A DNA stretch of 64,000 nucleotides, taken from contig CP075494.1 in the NCBI GenBank assembly GCA_021613535.1, positions 620,001-684,000 of the forward strand. The letters are read 5' to 3'. The notes beneath the pieces are model-generated. The model saw only the letters and a list, made by a program, of their open reading frames with translations. It did no database searches and was not told the origin of the DNA. Every line of letters begins with the position of its first letter. The first letter of the stretch is position 1. The position numbers were made by a program, and so were the translations under genes. Source of the DNA: Adineta vaga (taxonomy: Eukaryota > Animalia > Rotifera). Positions 1 through 11,655 of the stretch are shown piece by piece.

Positions 1-202
1 GCTGGTCAAATTTCGTCTTTGGGTCTACCTGGTGCAGTTCACCACTCGCTTCTCTCTCACGTGTATTTCTTATTTTTTATTTTCTCTCTTCGTTTGCTCT
101 CTTTTTTATCTAAACTTTTCATTCTTACAAATATCAATACACAGCTCATGCTCAAATTGTCCCTATAGGACCGCCATGGTCACTGGGATATAGTATGCTA
201 AT

Positions 203-227
203 AAAAAAAAAAAAAAAAAAAAAAAAA
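203..227 (+). repeat. Poly(A) tract (25 A) overlapping AATAAA; possible 3' end of a retroposed sequence
   Basis: Sequence ...tagtatgctaat followed by an uninterrupted A run; no TSD visible within the window. Confidence 0.5.
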
Positions 228-2290
228 GTTGTCATCCGTATGCAAGCGTCATTTTTCTCACACAAATTTAATATTTTTGTTACTAGTATGTTGGTTTTTT
301 TCGTTTCTTCAATTCATCAGGTGAAATAATTACAAAAACTTGAAAAGATAAGGGAAAAAAGAAGTTGCAACACATTCGATTAAAAACAAGTTAAACAACA
401 ACAACACATATATGACATATTAATATTAAAATAATGTACATATTCACTACGTTACCCGTCGAATTGGTCTATCGAATTCTCGACAAGCTTCTCAGTCGAG
501 GGAAAATCTTCTAAATGTAAAATTTTGTTTTATTCCATAAGAAATATAATATTAAAAATAATTTGAATACCATTAGAGTTTCATTAAAAAAATAATTTTA
601 AAATAAAACTGTAAATCAAATGAACTTATTAAACAATAAATTTATTAAAAATATAAATTAGAAATAATATCAGCTATTGTTTATGTTTACATTATAAGAA
701 AAATGTTCGTTGAATAGACTTTTTTATGAAATTAACGAATAAATTTAAAGATAGAAATAATTTTTGAATTTCATTTTTCATTATTACGATATTGAATTCT
801 TTAGAATTTTACAAAAACAAAAGATTCGAAAATGTTTTTATTTATTTTTATCAGAGAAATACTATTATATTCAGCGCGTCTTTTTTCTGGATATAAATAT
901 CATCATCATCATCATCATCAGAAAATTGAATCAAGAAAATCATTCATATGAGAATTTTGTTTAAAATACACTTTCATTGACAACCGATCAAGAACAAATC
1001 GGTGAATAAAATCAACAGAAATTATTCCGAAAAAAATACGTTTTGGAAGAAAACCAGCGAAATTTATCGGTATTATTATGCTTACATTCATCACTATAGT
1101 TTATTTAGTTAACCTTAAATGATATTTTTCTTCTTCGTTGGAAAGATGAACAACTTCGTGAACTTTATATGAATTCACCAGTAGATATTTTCTTGTTTAT
1201 ATTTCGATTTGAAAGGAATTACGAACGACTTTTTTTTTTCGATTATTTACGCATTGAATTGGATTAGTCTTTATAACTTATAATTCTTTGAGATCAAAAT
1301 TTGATTTACTGATTAATTCTGTGACTGGAAAATGGAGAATTTGAATTACTATTGATACCATTAAAATTGGCAAATACGGAAGGTATGTATAATGACGAAT
1401 GTTGAGTATCAGACAAAAATTGAGATATTATTATCTTTGTTCCTCTTCGTTATTGTCGTTAATCTATCAAGGAGATATGGGAAAGATAAATGATGATATC
1501 ATAATAAATATCAATAGGATTAAATCAAATCAAATTTGTATAGTTGGTTATTAAATTGATTTAGATGGATGAATAAATAAATAATAAACTAGAAAAACAG
1601 TTTATATACTATCTATCTCTCGAATATCATATAGTACAGAAGAATACATAGACAAGGCCTAGATTAAACGATTATTATCATTACTGTTATTCTTATACGA
1701 ATAGATTTAATACAATTCTAGGTATAAAGAAAAGAAAATAGAAACATCTCGTTCATTACGATATATGTTCGAGGTCTTTATCGATATAGATAGAAAAGAA
1801 TGAATCGAGGGTATTCGAATTATAAATAGATTATAGAAGATTGCTAAGAAGTGAATAACAATTTCATATTCTTTTATACATTCTTATTATAAGGTTCAAA
1901 ATAAACATACATGTGAAAAAAATCATATTATTATCCATTCAAGACTGATACTTTGACTTAAATGGACGACTATTTATATCATAGATTTCCATTTATATTA
2001 ACAAAAATAATATGATAAAATGTGCATGTCTTTCTTTCGTTCTTTTCTATCTTGTATTTTCTTTTTTCTTCTCTTCTTTCCACATGCACTAGTATATAGA
2101 TATATTTATCTTTTATGCATATTAACATGATCTTCATGTGTGTGAACACGTACGTATGCCTGTACACATAGTAAAATGAAATGAAAAACAAGATCTTAGA
2201 TAATAAAATGAAGAATTATTATATGTTTCAGACGACAAAAAGCTATACATATACATCATGATGAGAATATTTTCGTTGTTTCTCTTTTAG

Positions 2291-3291
2291 ATGGTAACAG
2301 ATTCCATTATTAGACTCTTCGATGGTTATAATTTTCGTAAAACTGGTAAGACAAAAAGTTTATTAGTACGTTTTAAATAAAATGATATCGATCATTTTTT
2401 TCTGTATAGGAAATCGATATACTTGTTTATTTTGCTATGATTTTTCAATTGGTGCTTTGAAAAAATTATTAACACATATGGAAAAGTTTCATTCTGATGA
2501 ATTTTTGCAATTGGTTCAAGAACGTAGAGATGTAATTGATGTTTTAGATGCAGCTATCATGAATATAAGTAATGAAGTAAGAATAAATTCAAATTTTTAT
2601 TTGAACTTGTTTTTCAAAATAGATGGATGAAAATGGAAGTCATGTTGATGGTCAATCTATTTCTATTTCGAACAGTTCATCAAATATTGTTCGACAGTCG
2701 ACAACAACAACAATGGATAATCTTTTTAGTTTGTCATCGTCCTCAATGGATAGAAATACTCGATTAAACGTCGAAGTATGTATCTTGCTTCTTCAAAATT
2801 TCCTCCTAGAAATTTTTTTCTTCGTACGTATGGAGTTGAGATATGAAAATGAAAGGTCAAAATCAAAATACCGTTTTATCAATCTGTTAGAAGAAGAAAA
2901 AGGAAATTTTAATTTGACTATATTGTCTATATGTCTGTTTTCGGCCTTAGTCGTCTGCGTTGACAATGACCAACAACATTTATCCAATCATATTCGTCAA
3001 TATTGTCTTTTTGTTTCTTTCTCTTGCATTGAGTATATATAATTCTTTTTTTCTCTCTCGATCATATTATTATTAAGAAAACGTCATATAATCGAATAAC
3101 AATATGTCTGAAAAAGAACAAGTAGATGAAGTTTATATCATACACTCATATTCTTTTTTTTCCTCTAGAATAATGATTTGGCATTTAAAGCCGCAGTTCA
3201 TGAGTTGCACACAAAATTCCAACAAGGTCAAATTGATTCCAGTCAACTTGTTGCTCAAATACAACAACTCCAAATACGCTTTCAAAAATAA
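2291..3291 (+). CDS. Small multi-exon protein with one C2H2-type zinc-finger-like motif
   Basis: Phase-compatible GT-AG exons starting at 2291 (MVTDSIIRLFDGYNFRKTG), 2410 (NRYTCLFC...HMEKFH; C-x2-C...H-x4-H), 2623-2775 and probably 3169-3291 (NNDLAFKAAVHELH...FQK*). The last exon could instead belong to a separate tiny gene starting at 3104. Confidence 0.5.
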
Positions 3292-4539
3292 TGGGTCATT
3301 TTGCTTTTTCATGAAATTTTCTTTTTTCATCTTCGGATTGTTTGAAAAGAAAATAAAAGAAGTCATTTTTTTCAAATATGATCATATTGAATATTTTCAA
3401 AGAAATTATTCTATCCATTTTTAGAGTATATATTGTGAAGTGACATATCTTTCTCGGTAGAACTATAATTCTATGTATGCAAATATTATTTGTATTTTGT
3501 ACGGATGCATAATATCTCGATGTAAAGGATACTGATTTCGATGATGAGAAAACGAAAAAGTTCTAAAGACAACAAAAACAGATAAATAAGTTTAACGAGA
3601 TTTCTTTTTAAAAGAATGCAGGGTGTGGGTAACATCAATTCTCAACTCAAATTCATGCTTGATGCTTACTATTTAATCAAAAGTTTGTAGATATCCGTTT
3701 CAATGTATGTTCAAAAAGATAGTTATTGACTATTTCTTAAGAACTCATAAGAAGTACTATATGATAGCTTTTTTCTTAACTAACTAAAGATTAGAAACCT
3801 CGCCACATCTTCTGATAATTAGTTCCATTAACTGTTAATAAGAACATGTCTAATAACATCACGATAATCAGATCAAATAACGATATTCCATCGAGTAGCA
3901 ATTCTGTCCTTTGAAAAATCACTTTATTATGAAATATTGTGTTGGAATTGAGTGAAATAACACATGTAAATGTATTACTTGTTTAAAATACTATTCTTTC
4001 ATTCAAATTAATTCTGTACATAGTACACTTTGATTAATTCATTTACTTGGTTGTGTAATTGTCTTAGGTTCAGAAGAATGAAGAAAACGGTTGGATGAAG
4101 TTTTACTCAAACTTGCCAAAAAAAAGTGATTGAAAACTATCTTTGATTTTTTTATTAGATTATGAACAGATTCTCCAATTGTTTGAGCAATCCTGTCCTT
4201 CTGTTATTTCTACACAATGTCTTCGAGTTAGTAACCATTATGAAGACGAACAAAGAATTTTGAATATCTTTTCGATAAGTCAAGTTTCAGTATCAAAATT
4301 TGTTGAACATTGCCGGATATCAACGTGAAATATATAAACAGAAATTGAATAGATATGTGTTGCTATCTTTATACACTACATCGTTATGTCCTAAGAGCAG
4401 CAAACTTTGTCAAACAGATTCTTAAGTTTCGGACAGTCTACGATTAATTTCGCGAATTTGACGAATGCATACAAATGAATAAAATCTCATCTAATTGAAG
4501 TTTTCGGAACTTTTCTACAATTGTTGATTATTTCATATC

Positions 4540-5250
4540 GGTATGTCTTGTTGATCTTTAATCGATTCGTATTCATGATATTGAAAAAGATAAACTTATT
4601 TCTTTATCTGTTAATCTGTCTGATTCATATTGTCTTTATTCATTAAATATTCAAACAGCAGATTCAATTAAAGATTTAAATCAAATTTATCAATTAATAT
4701 TTTCATTACCAAAATTAAAATCAAATAAACTTTCATTAAATGACGATGAATATTCGATATCAACAATTAAGTCCTATTGAACATTTACATATATCACATT
4801 CATCTACATTTGATAAATTATCAGCATTAATATCATATACACCAAAACTTCATTATCTTGAACTTTTATGTCCAAATCGAGAAGTTAATTTTGAAGATAT
4901 GTTGCGAATTGATTTAAATTATTTATCAATACATATAAGTTATTTGGATTTTGATGAATTTGAATTATTTATGAAAAAATTCATTCAAATTTAAAAACTT
5001 TACATATTCGTTTTTCATATTGATTTAGATATTTTTAATGATTATCACTGGGAAAAACTTATTTCAGAAAATTTTCCTCAATTAAAAAATTTTCTTTAAA
5101 TTATTATGATTCAGAAATTATTAATGAACATCCAATTAATAATGGTGGATTAAATCAATTTATTTCATTATTTCAGATTCAACGAAATTTAACTTTTGAT
5201 ATTGAAATTTATGACTGTACAGCTAATTATCATATTTAGCCATACAAGTA
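4540..5250 (+). pseudogene. Degraded F-box/LRR-like gene remnant
   Basis: Frameshifted fragments such as DLNQIYQLIFSLPKLKSNKLSL, IEHLHISH, LISYTPKL and WEKLISENFPQLK resemble the intact paralog type at 11656-13482. Confidence 0.6.
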
Positions 5251-5861
5251 ATGCCTGTTCCATTTATTTTGTGAAACACTATCTTTCAGATAGTGTTGAA
5301 GTGTATAGAGACAGAAATTTGGAATTCCTCCTCCTTCCCCGACAGAAGTGAACGACACGATCAAAAACTCTCTAACAGACATGACCAACACTTCTGATAA
5401 ATCCTCACGCTATATACACAAATCCATAGAAACTGTATATATGTTACAGGATATTCGAGGGTACATCATGTTTCACATTTTTAAGCCCACAGGGATGGTA
5501 GGAACAGCTTTTTTCTTTGTTTTTATGTAGAAATCTATGGTATAATTCTTCTGAACAATCGAAATCAAGTCAATTGTCAATGAAACATTTTGATTCTGAC
5601 GAAGAGGGTGTGTGGGCATGGATGTGGGTGTGGTGCCTCTGTTTAACAATACTCACATCCTAATCACACCCATCTCAAAAATATAAGAACAAAAAGTTCA
5701 TTTGAAGATGTGTTTTTCTTCTTCATTTAATTTGATTATTAATTCATTTGTTCTTGATTGATATCTAGTATCTTTGAACAATGGAAATACACATACAGAC
5801 AAGTAAAACTAGATAATTTTGATTTTTCGTGGTTATGGAACAGCACGGACTGTTCATAAAT

Positions 5862-6326
5862 TTAAAACTTGATCAAAAAATGATTTTTATCTGGGTGTGG
5901 GTGTGGGTGGGTGTGGGTGTGGGTGTGGGTGTGGGTGTAGATGTAAGTATCGGTTCTACACTCACCCTCTAGATGTCCACTACAAGGACATATGAAAACA
6001 CGTCCACTTGATGTCACTAGTTGAACACAACATTCAGATGGTGATAACGCTATTTCATTACTTAACCGACAACATGTTTTCGAATATATTCCACATATTT
6101 GTCCAGGACAACAAATATCAGTTGGGTTATTACATGATTCAAGTGTTCGTCTACATGACCTTTCCATACATTTCTCATCACAACAGATTCCACTACAACA
6201 TTCTTTTGAAGACGTACAAGCTGATTAATCTCCTAAACAAATAGCTTTTAATACAAGTTCATTAAGTCGACATTCGACCACAATGAATAATAAAATAATC
6301 GAACCAATAGCAAATAATTTCAACAT
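5862..6326 (-). pseudogene. Secreted cysteine-rich (knottin/ICK-like repeat) peptide gene with an in-frame stop
   Basis: ATG at 6326 gives the signal-peptide-like MLKLFAIGSIILLFIVVEC, then CLGD*SACTSSKECCSGICC...CRRTLESCNNPTDICCPGQICG. TAA at 6225-6227 is in frame; the 3' end runs into a (GGGTGT)n tract. Confidence 0.6.
5892..5937 (+). repeat. Interstitial telomere-like tract (GGGTGT)n / (TGTGGG)n, about 7 units
   Basis: Direct reading; TGTGGG is the reported Adineta telomeric repeat. Confidence 0.85.
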
Positions 6327-8202
6327 TTTTAAATGATTTTAATCTGATATATATAAAAAGAATACAAATAAAAATTACCTTGTAAGAATATATTTGTGTA
6401 TTATTGTATATCGATCATTTTCATTGGCCTTATATAGTTTTCATTAATTATTTCATCATTAGCGTAGAGACAAAAAGAAAACCCTATTTTTATCTTGACG
6501 ATTATGTTATAGGCGCAAATACATGAATGGACAAAATGACGTCAATTGTACATTGCGTTTTTTCTTATTTTTTTGACGTTGATATCTCGTGATTATCAAT
6601 AAGGTTTTTTTTCATGATTTTTTCGCTAGAAGTAACTTCTTAAATAGTAAATAGTTTATTTCATTGATAGAAAAGCATATTCATTTGTAGTGAGCCATTA
6701 ACGATGATACAAGTGTTTTATTCAAAAATGTCAAAAATAAAAAAAAATCTATTTGTGTATTAATAAATATACATGAATCTTTTCTTTCGAATATTACAAA
6801 TGTGATCATTTTCGAAGAGAAAAATCCTTGTGGGAAGATTTAATGATAAAAAATCTATTTTCTAAATACATTTCAAGAATAAATTGTTATTAATATCTTA
6901 CTTGTAATGATAACACAGCTAGAAAAAAAGAACAGAAAGATAAAAATTCAAGTGAAGAACAAGCCAAAGAGAAAAGAAGAACGGTCGACGATGATCTGAA
7001 GACTCAACGTTAAAACAAATCTTGATGAGTGTGTCTTTTAATTGGTGCTCATATAGAAAGAAAGCAAGGTGATGTTACATAAGTTTATCTGAAATTTATT
7101 ATTTTTGTTAAATATGTCAAATGAAAATGTTAATGAAGAAATTTTGCTTTTGAATGATTCTTATATGTAGCAAAGAAATTAGATCATGAACATTTAGTTC
7201 TAATCGATCAAAAATCATGAGAAATCTGGTCTAAATTTGTTATTTTTGTTGAACATAATGATGCATTTGTTTTTATTTAGGGTGTGGGTGTGGGTGTTCA
7301 TTTTATCATCAACTACAACCGCACCCACACCTGGAAGTCCATCATATGCATTCGGAAGTGCCGTAAGAATATACCACGTCATGAACGAATGTCTGAAAGA
7401 GTTTTTCATAAAACTACTTCGTTGAGTCTCAAAAGGATCCTCTGAGATTTTCCGGTTGAACTGCTCTTATGGGTATGAAACATACCTTGATAATCAAATG
7501 ATGAATCTTGAGGGTGTGGGTGTGGTTGAATGTTTCTTCTGTACCCTCACCCACATCCAACTTTTTGGCTTGTCAAATAAAAGCACGTATAGTTTGAAAA
7601 TGACTGAAATCATATATCGTATTGATTTTTGATACATATGATATCGTTTTTTCTCTCATTTATTATGAAGAATAAAAAACCATAAAAAGGAACTTTCATA
7701 TCACTGAAACATTTCTCGATCATAAAAGACATAGATGACTATCATTTTACAGCAAAAACAAATCTTTTGCCACTTGCCAATCTAACAACGGCTCAAAGGT
7801 AAAAGATAAAGAGAATATTTTTATGACATTCTATTTAGCACAGAGACAGAAAAAAGTTAGATATCATTTTCTGAATCGGTTGTTTTGTTGTTAAAATATG
7901 CTGACTGAATTGGTTCGTATATATAAATGAGCGTATGATCTTTGATTGAAACAAGAAATTTATTTCCGCGCCGTATACGAAAAAAATCCCGTCAGTTGAC
8001 GGAGGTTAATTTTTATAATCTTTAGAAAATTTGTTAAGGAAGTTTTCCAAGAGCTTTATCACAGGAAAACTGAAATTCTGGACTCATTTACAATTAATGA
8101 CAAACTGATGGACCGTTATGTGCATTTTATGTGACTTAATGTTTCAAAAGACATCAGTGACAAAACAGGAACTTTAAATAGAATTTTATCGTTGAAGACC
8201 GA

Positions 8203-8266
8203 GTCTATGGGTGTGGGTATGTGCGGGTATCAGTTAAGAATCACACCGATACCCACACCTATAGAC
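8203..8266. repeat. Telomere-like inverted-repeat hairpin (member of dispersed family)
   Basis: gtctatgggtgtgggtat ... atacccacacctatagac: 17/18 complementary arms. Confidence 0.85.
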
Positions 8267-8747
8267 GTCTTTCGTGAGACACGCCCCCTCAACATAGTTA
8301 GTCATCGAGCAACATTCAAACACAACCTACAGTAAATATGTCATCGCTTTCTGTCAAAGCGAGATGATTTCGAGCGAAAATTTCTCAAACTGAAGGATTT
8401 ACACCTTTAAAAAGATCAAAATTCGAGCATTTTTCGAAGTATAGTCGATCAAAATCACCTCCAAAAATAATAAAAATCTCAGTTATTTTTCATTCTAATG
8501 GAGTAGAACAACTGTCAGCGAGGCATCAAGCTTTCCGCCCTCACCGGCACTATCATCGATGCCCTCTGATTGTTCGCCATCTCACCCTCCAAATGATTGT
8601 AGCGACACGTCTACAGCATTGAATATCGATTTTTCCCTCTTTTTGTTTTTCAATTTCAGAGATGCTCATTAACCTTTGAGCTTTTACAGACGATTTTGTC
8701 TTCAATGTTAATCTTTTCAAGTCATCGTAGAAGACAATGCAGTAGTG

Positions 8748-8795
8748 AAGCTACCTGATGAGACCTCTCAGAAAGGTCGAAACTAGTCGTAGCTT
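8748..8795 (+). ncRNA. Minimal type I hammerhead ribozyme
   Basis: Stem I aagctac/gtagctt; core CTGATGA (8755-8761); stem II gacct/aggtc; GAAA (8779-8782); palindromic minimal stem III (actagt); GTC cleavage triplet at 8786-8788. Confidence 0.9.
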
Positions 8796-9781
8796 TCTCA
8801 TTTCATAATACTCACTCTAGCGACGATGGAAAAAGGCTTCATTGTTTCTGATTTTTCGATAATTAATTGTCAGATTTCGTGAACTACCATTGTTTAATTA
8901 CGAAAATATGTAACTGTATTTAGTGTTATTGGAATAAAAAATGTTTGAAAGGGATATATGTTGAATGATCATAGTAGAGGTTTATTTGAAGACAACTTCT
9001 ATGGATATACCTTCTTTAAAGCGACAAGAGTAGATTACAAACACGTTTAAACTGATCATGGAACAGCATATACGAAGTTTTTAGATATAAAACTTTTCGT
9101 TACAGACATAAATGCGGTCGTTGAGTCATTCATCCTTCATTTTGTTGGACGCTCATAGTCGAGAAATATATTGTTGATGATGCAGAACAAAGAATAAGAG
9201 TTACATACATGAAATTTTTGATTTTGTTGCCATGAATTGAAATAGAAAGCGATTATCGCTGAGAAGATCTTAGTTGGTCTTTGTTATCACAGGAACTAGG
9301 AGAAATTAGTTTTCGGAGAATTTTGAAAGTTTTTCAAAGAACGATGTTGATGAACTGAAATATGAATATAATTAATCGACCAAAGAAAACCGAGTTTTGA
9401 TAGTTCTTCATAGAATGACGTTCGTTTTTAGAATAAATGAGCGAAATCTAGAATTAATGCAAGATTTGATCGGTCTGAATGAATCACTACAGAATGAAAG
9501 GGAAAGAAAATAAGGCAGAAATTTATTACAAGTCGGTGATGAATAATAACTACGAAGAAATAATATTGACAAAGGAAGAAGTGAAATGAAATAGTCTGAC
9601 AGAAAAAAGAAAGAACAGAAGAGAATGGGGAGTTTTCGATTGTTTTTTTCCATGTTTATCTTATGCGGGGGAAAAGCCACGATATAAAAGACCATTTTTT
9701 CGTGCTAAATGTATAAATAACTGTGATTTGTCTGTACTAAGCGTGTATTTAACAGTCGACGGACTTAATACAAAAGAAACA

Positions 9782-10540
9782 ATGGCTTCTACTGATGCAC
9801 ATTCATTGCGGTCATTAATCAGTGCTGCAATCCAAAGCTTATATCCTGCAACAGCGAGAGCAGGATCAATTGCAATAGCAGCACCAACAGGCGGTAACGA
9901 TGGATCCTTGGCATTGTATCCAGTAAATGTAGTTCAAGTGTACCATTCATCGCTCGTCCCATCCGTCTCCGCTACTGGTCAAAGTATCCCAAGAGAATAT
10001 CTCGATGGACCGCTTGCAATTGATATAGATTGTCTGGATTCGAAATTCGATCATGATTTTACTAAAATAAAGGACATTAGCAGAACATTCCGAAGAGGCA
10101 ATCAGCCGTATGAACGACCATGCGGATCATATCGATATGCATTGAAGGTTAAAGACAAATTTGGTGAAGACAATACGTGGCTTGGGATGACAGGAGATGA
10201 CCCCAATGAGTGGCCTGTTTCTTATCATGGTACAGGAAAACACAATGCATTGAACATAGCTGAAGAAGGTTTTAAACTGAGTAAAAGTAAACGATTTCTG
10301 TATGGGAAAGGAATCTATTGCACACCAGAATTGAAGATCGCCCAATACTATGCAACTAGTTTTATTCATGAAGATACATCGTACAAGTGTGTCATTCAGA
10401 ACCGCGTCAATCCCAAATATTTAAAAGTCATTCCGAAAACAGAGACAGGCATAGGTATCTATTGGTTGAGTGCAGCTGATGAAGATGTGGACGAAAGTGA
10501 ATTCATCCGACCTTATGGTTTGTGTTTATTCAAAATGTAA
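9782..10540 (+). CDS. ADP-ribosyltransferase-fold (PARP-catalytic-like / NEURL4-ART-like) protein
   Basis: Intronless ORF from ATG 9782 with WPVSYHGT, GKGIYCTP, AQYYA and IRPYGL motifs of the HGT...GxGIY ART clade. Confidence 0.8.
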   Translation: MASTDAHSLRSLISAAIQSLYPATARAGSIAIAAPTGGNDGSLALYPVNVVQVYHSSLVPSVSATGQSIPREYLDGPLAIDIDCLDSKFDHDFTKIKDISRTFRRGNQPYERPCGSYRYALKVKDKFGEDNTWLGMTGDDPNEWPVSYHGTGKHNALNIAEEGFKLSKSKRFLYGKGIYCTPELKIAQYYATSFIHEDTSYKCVIQNRVNPKYLKVIPKTETGIGIYWLSAADEDVDESEFIRPYGLCLFKM

Positions 10541-11285
10541 TCAGCTTGTTTAGCCCTATGAACATTTTCTCAAGTGCTAAACAAATTTCACATTCGTTTT
10601 CTTCTGTTTTTCTCAAGTATTCCGGAGTATATTTAAAAATCGACATAGCGAAGATAGTCTCAGCGACGTCTATCTGAAATACGATAAGGTTCTTATGCAC
10701 ACAAGTATGTTTGCTCTCTCTTCTAACGATAGAGTTTTTCAAAACCAAAGAAAACATTCTTCTTTTTTCCGTATGCTGTCGCGATCAATCACAACGAAAA
10801 GGGTGGGGTGTGAGACACGCTACCATATGATCACGATTCCGTCCTGGCTTAAAGGACTCATTAGATGGCTTTAATTCCAGTTCGATTCAAATTAACAATG
10901 AATATAAAGATATCTATAAAAAAAAAGTTCAAGATCATCTTGTATAATATACTGTGGAAGTCAGCCGTGGTTTATGCGAAACTCCTCTTGTGGTGGAATT
11001 GCTCATTTTCAGGGCTTTTCATAAAATGCTCTTAAAAAATTGAGGATTCAATATTTTCTTAAACAGTTTGGCGAAGAGTATGGATTTCTCTGCATTACCT
11101 ACACCCTTAACTATTCAACAGGTTTCACTTTATTTCTATATATGATAAGAAAAAATTCGTATAATACAAAATTCATCTAACATAATTCAGAGCCACATTT
11201 GAATACTCCCACTCGAACTAAATGTGGAAAACAACGTGTATCAGACTGAAACATATCACAAAAGAATATTCGAAGCCAAACAAGT

Positions 11286-11339
11286 CAAGGAGAGAAAAGC
11301 GGATCCCGGTGGATCCTAGGATCCGCTTTTCTCTCCTTG
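11286..11339. repeat. Perfect 21-bp inverted repeat with 12-nt loop
   Basis: caaggagagaaaagcggatcc / ggatccgcttttctctccttg; three GGATCC sites. Confidence 0.9.
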
Positions 11340-11655
11340 TAATTACCTTTGCAGAATGAGTGTGAGTGTGGATATTGTTCTTATCTCAAACCCACATCCA
11401 CACCCTATGGAATCACTCAGCCATTATTAATAACTTCAATTGTTTCTGAGCAATTCAAGGAAATCTGTTCCTACTTTATTCCAGTAATTTTTTCATTGCC
11501 ATTTGCTATAATTTTCTCGATTGACAACTTTATATGTTTTATTTCTCTTTGTAAATCAGATCAATATATTGAATTGATCAATTTTTATCAGAAAAAAGAA
11601 CAATAAATCAAATTTCTCGATTAAATATTACTATAATTCTTAATAAAATGTATGT

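Noticed and set aside
960-1385. Exon-like fragments (LNDIFLLRWKDEQLRELY; LRSKFDLLINSVTGKW)
   Set aside because: Interrupted by stops and no recognisable family; cannot be supported
764-2191. Short AT-rich ORFs here and similar 60-100 aa ORFs throughout the track
   Set aside because: Low-complexity F/I/K/L-rich translations of intergenic DNA or shadow frames of real genes
10475-10505. CTGATGA...GAAA hammerhead-like core inside the ART gene
   Set aside because: No stem I or stem II pairing; explained by codons for ADEDVDES
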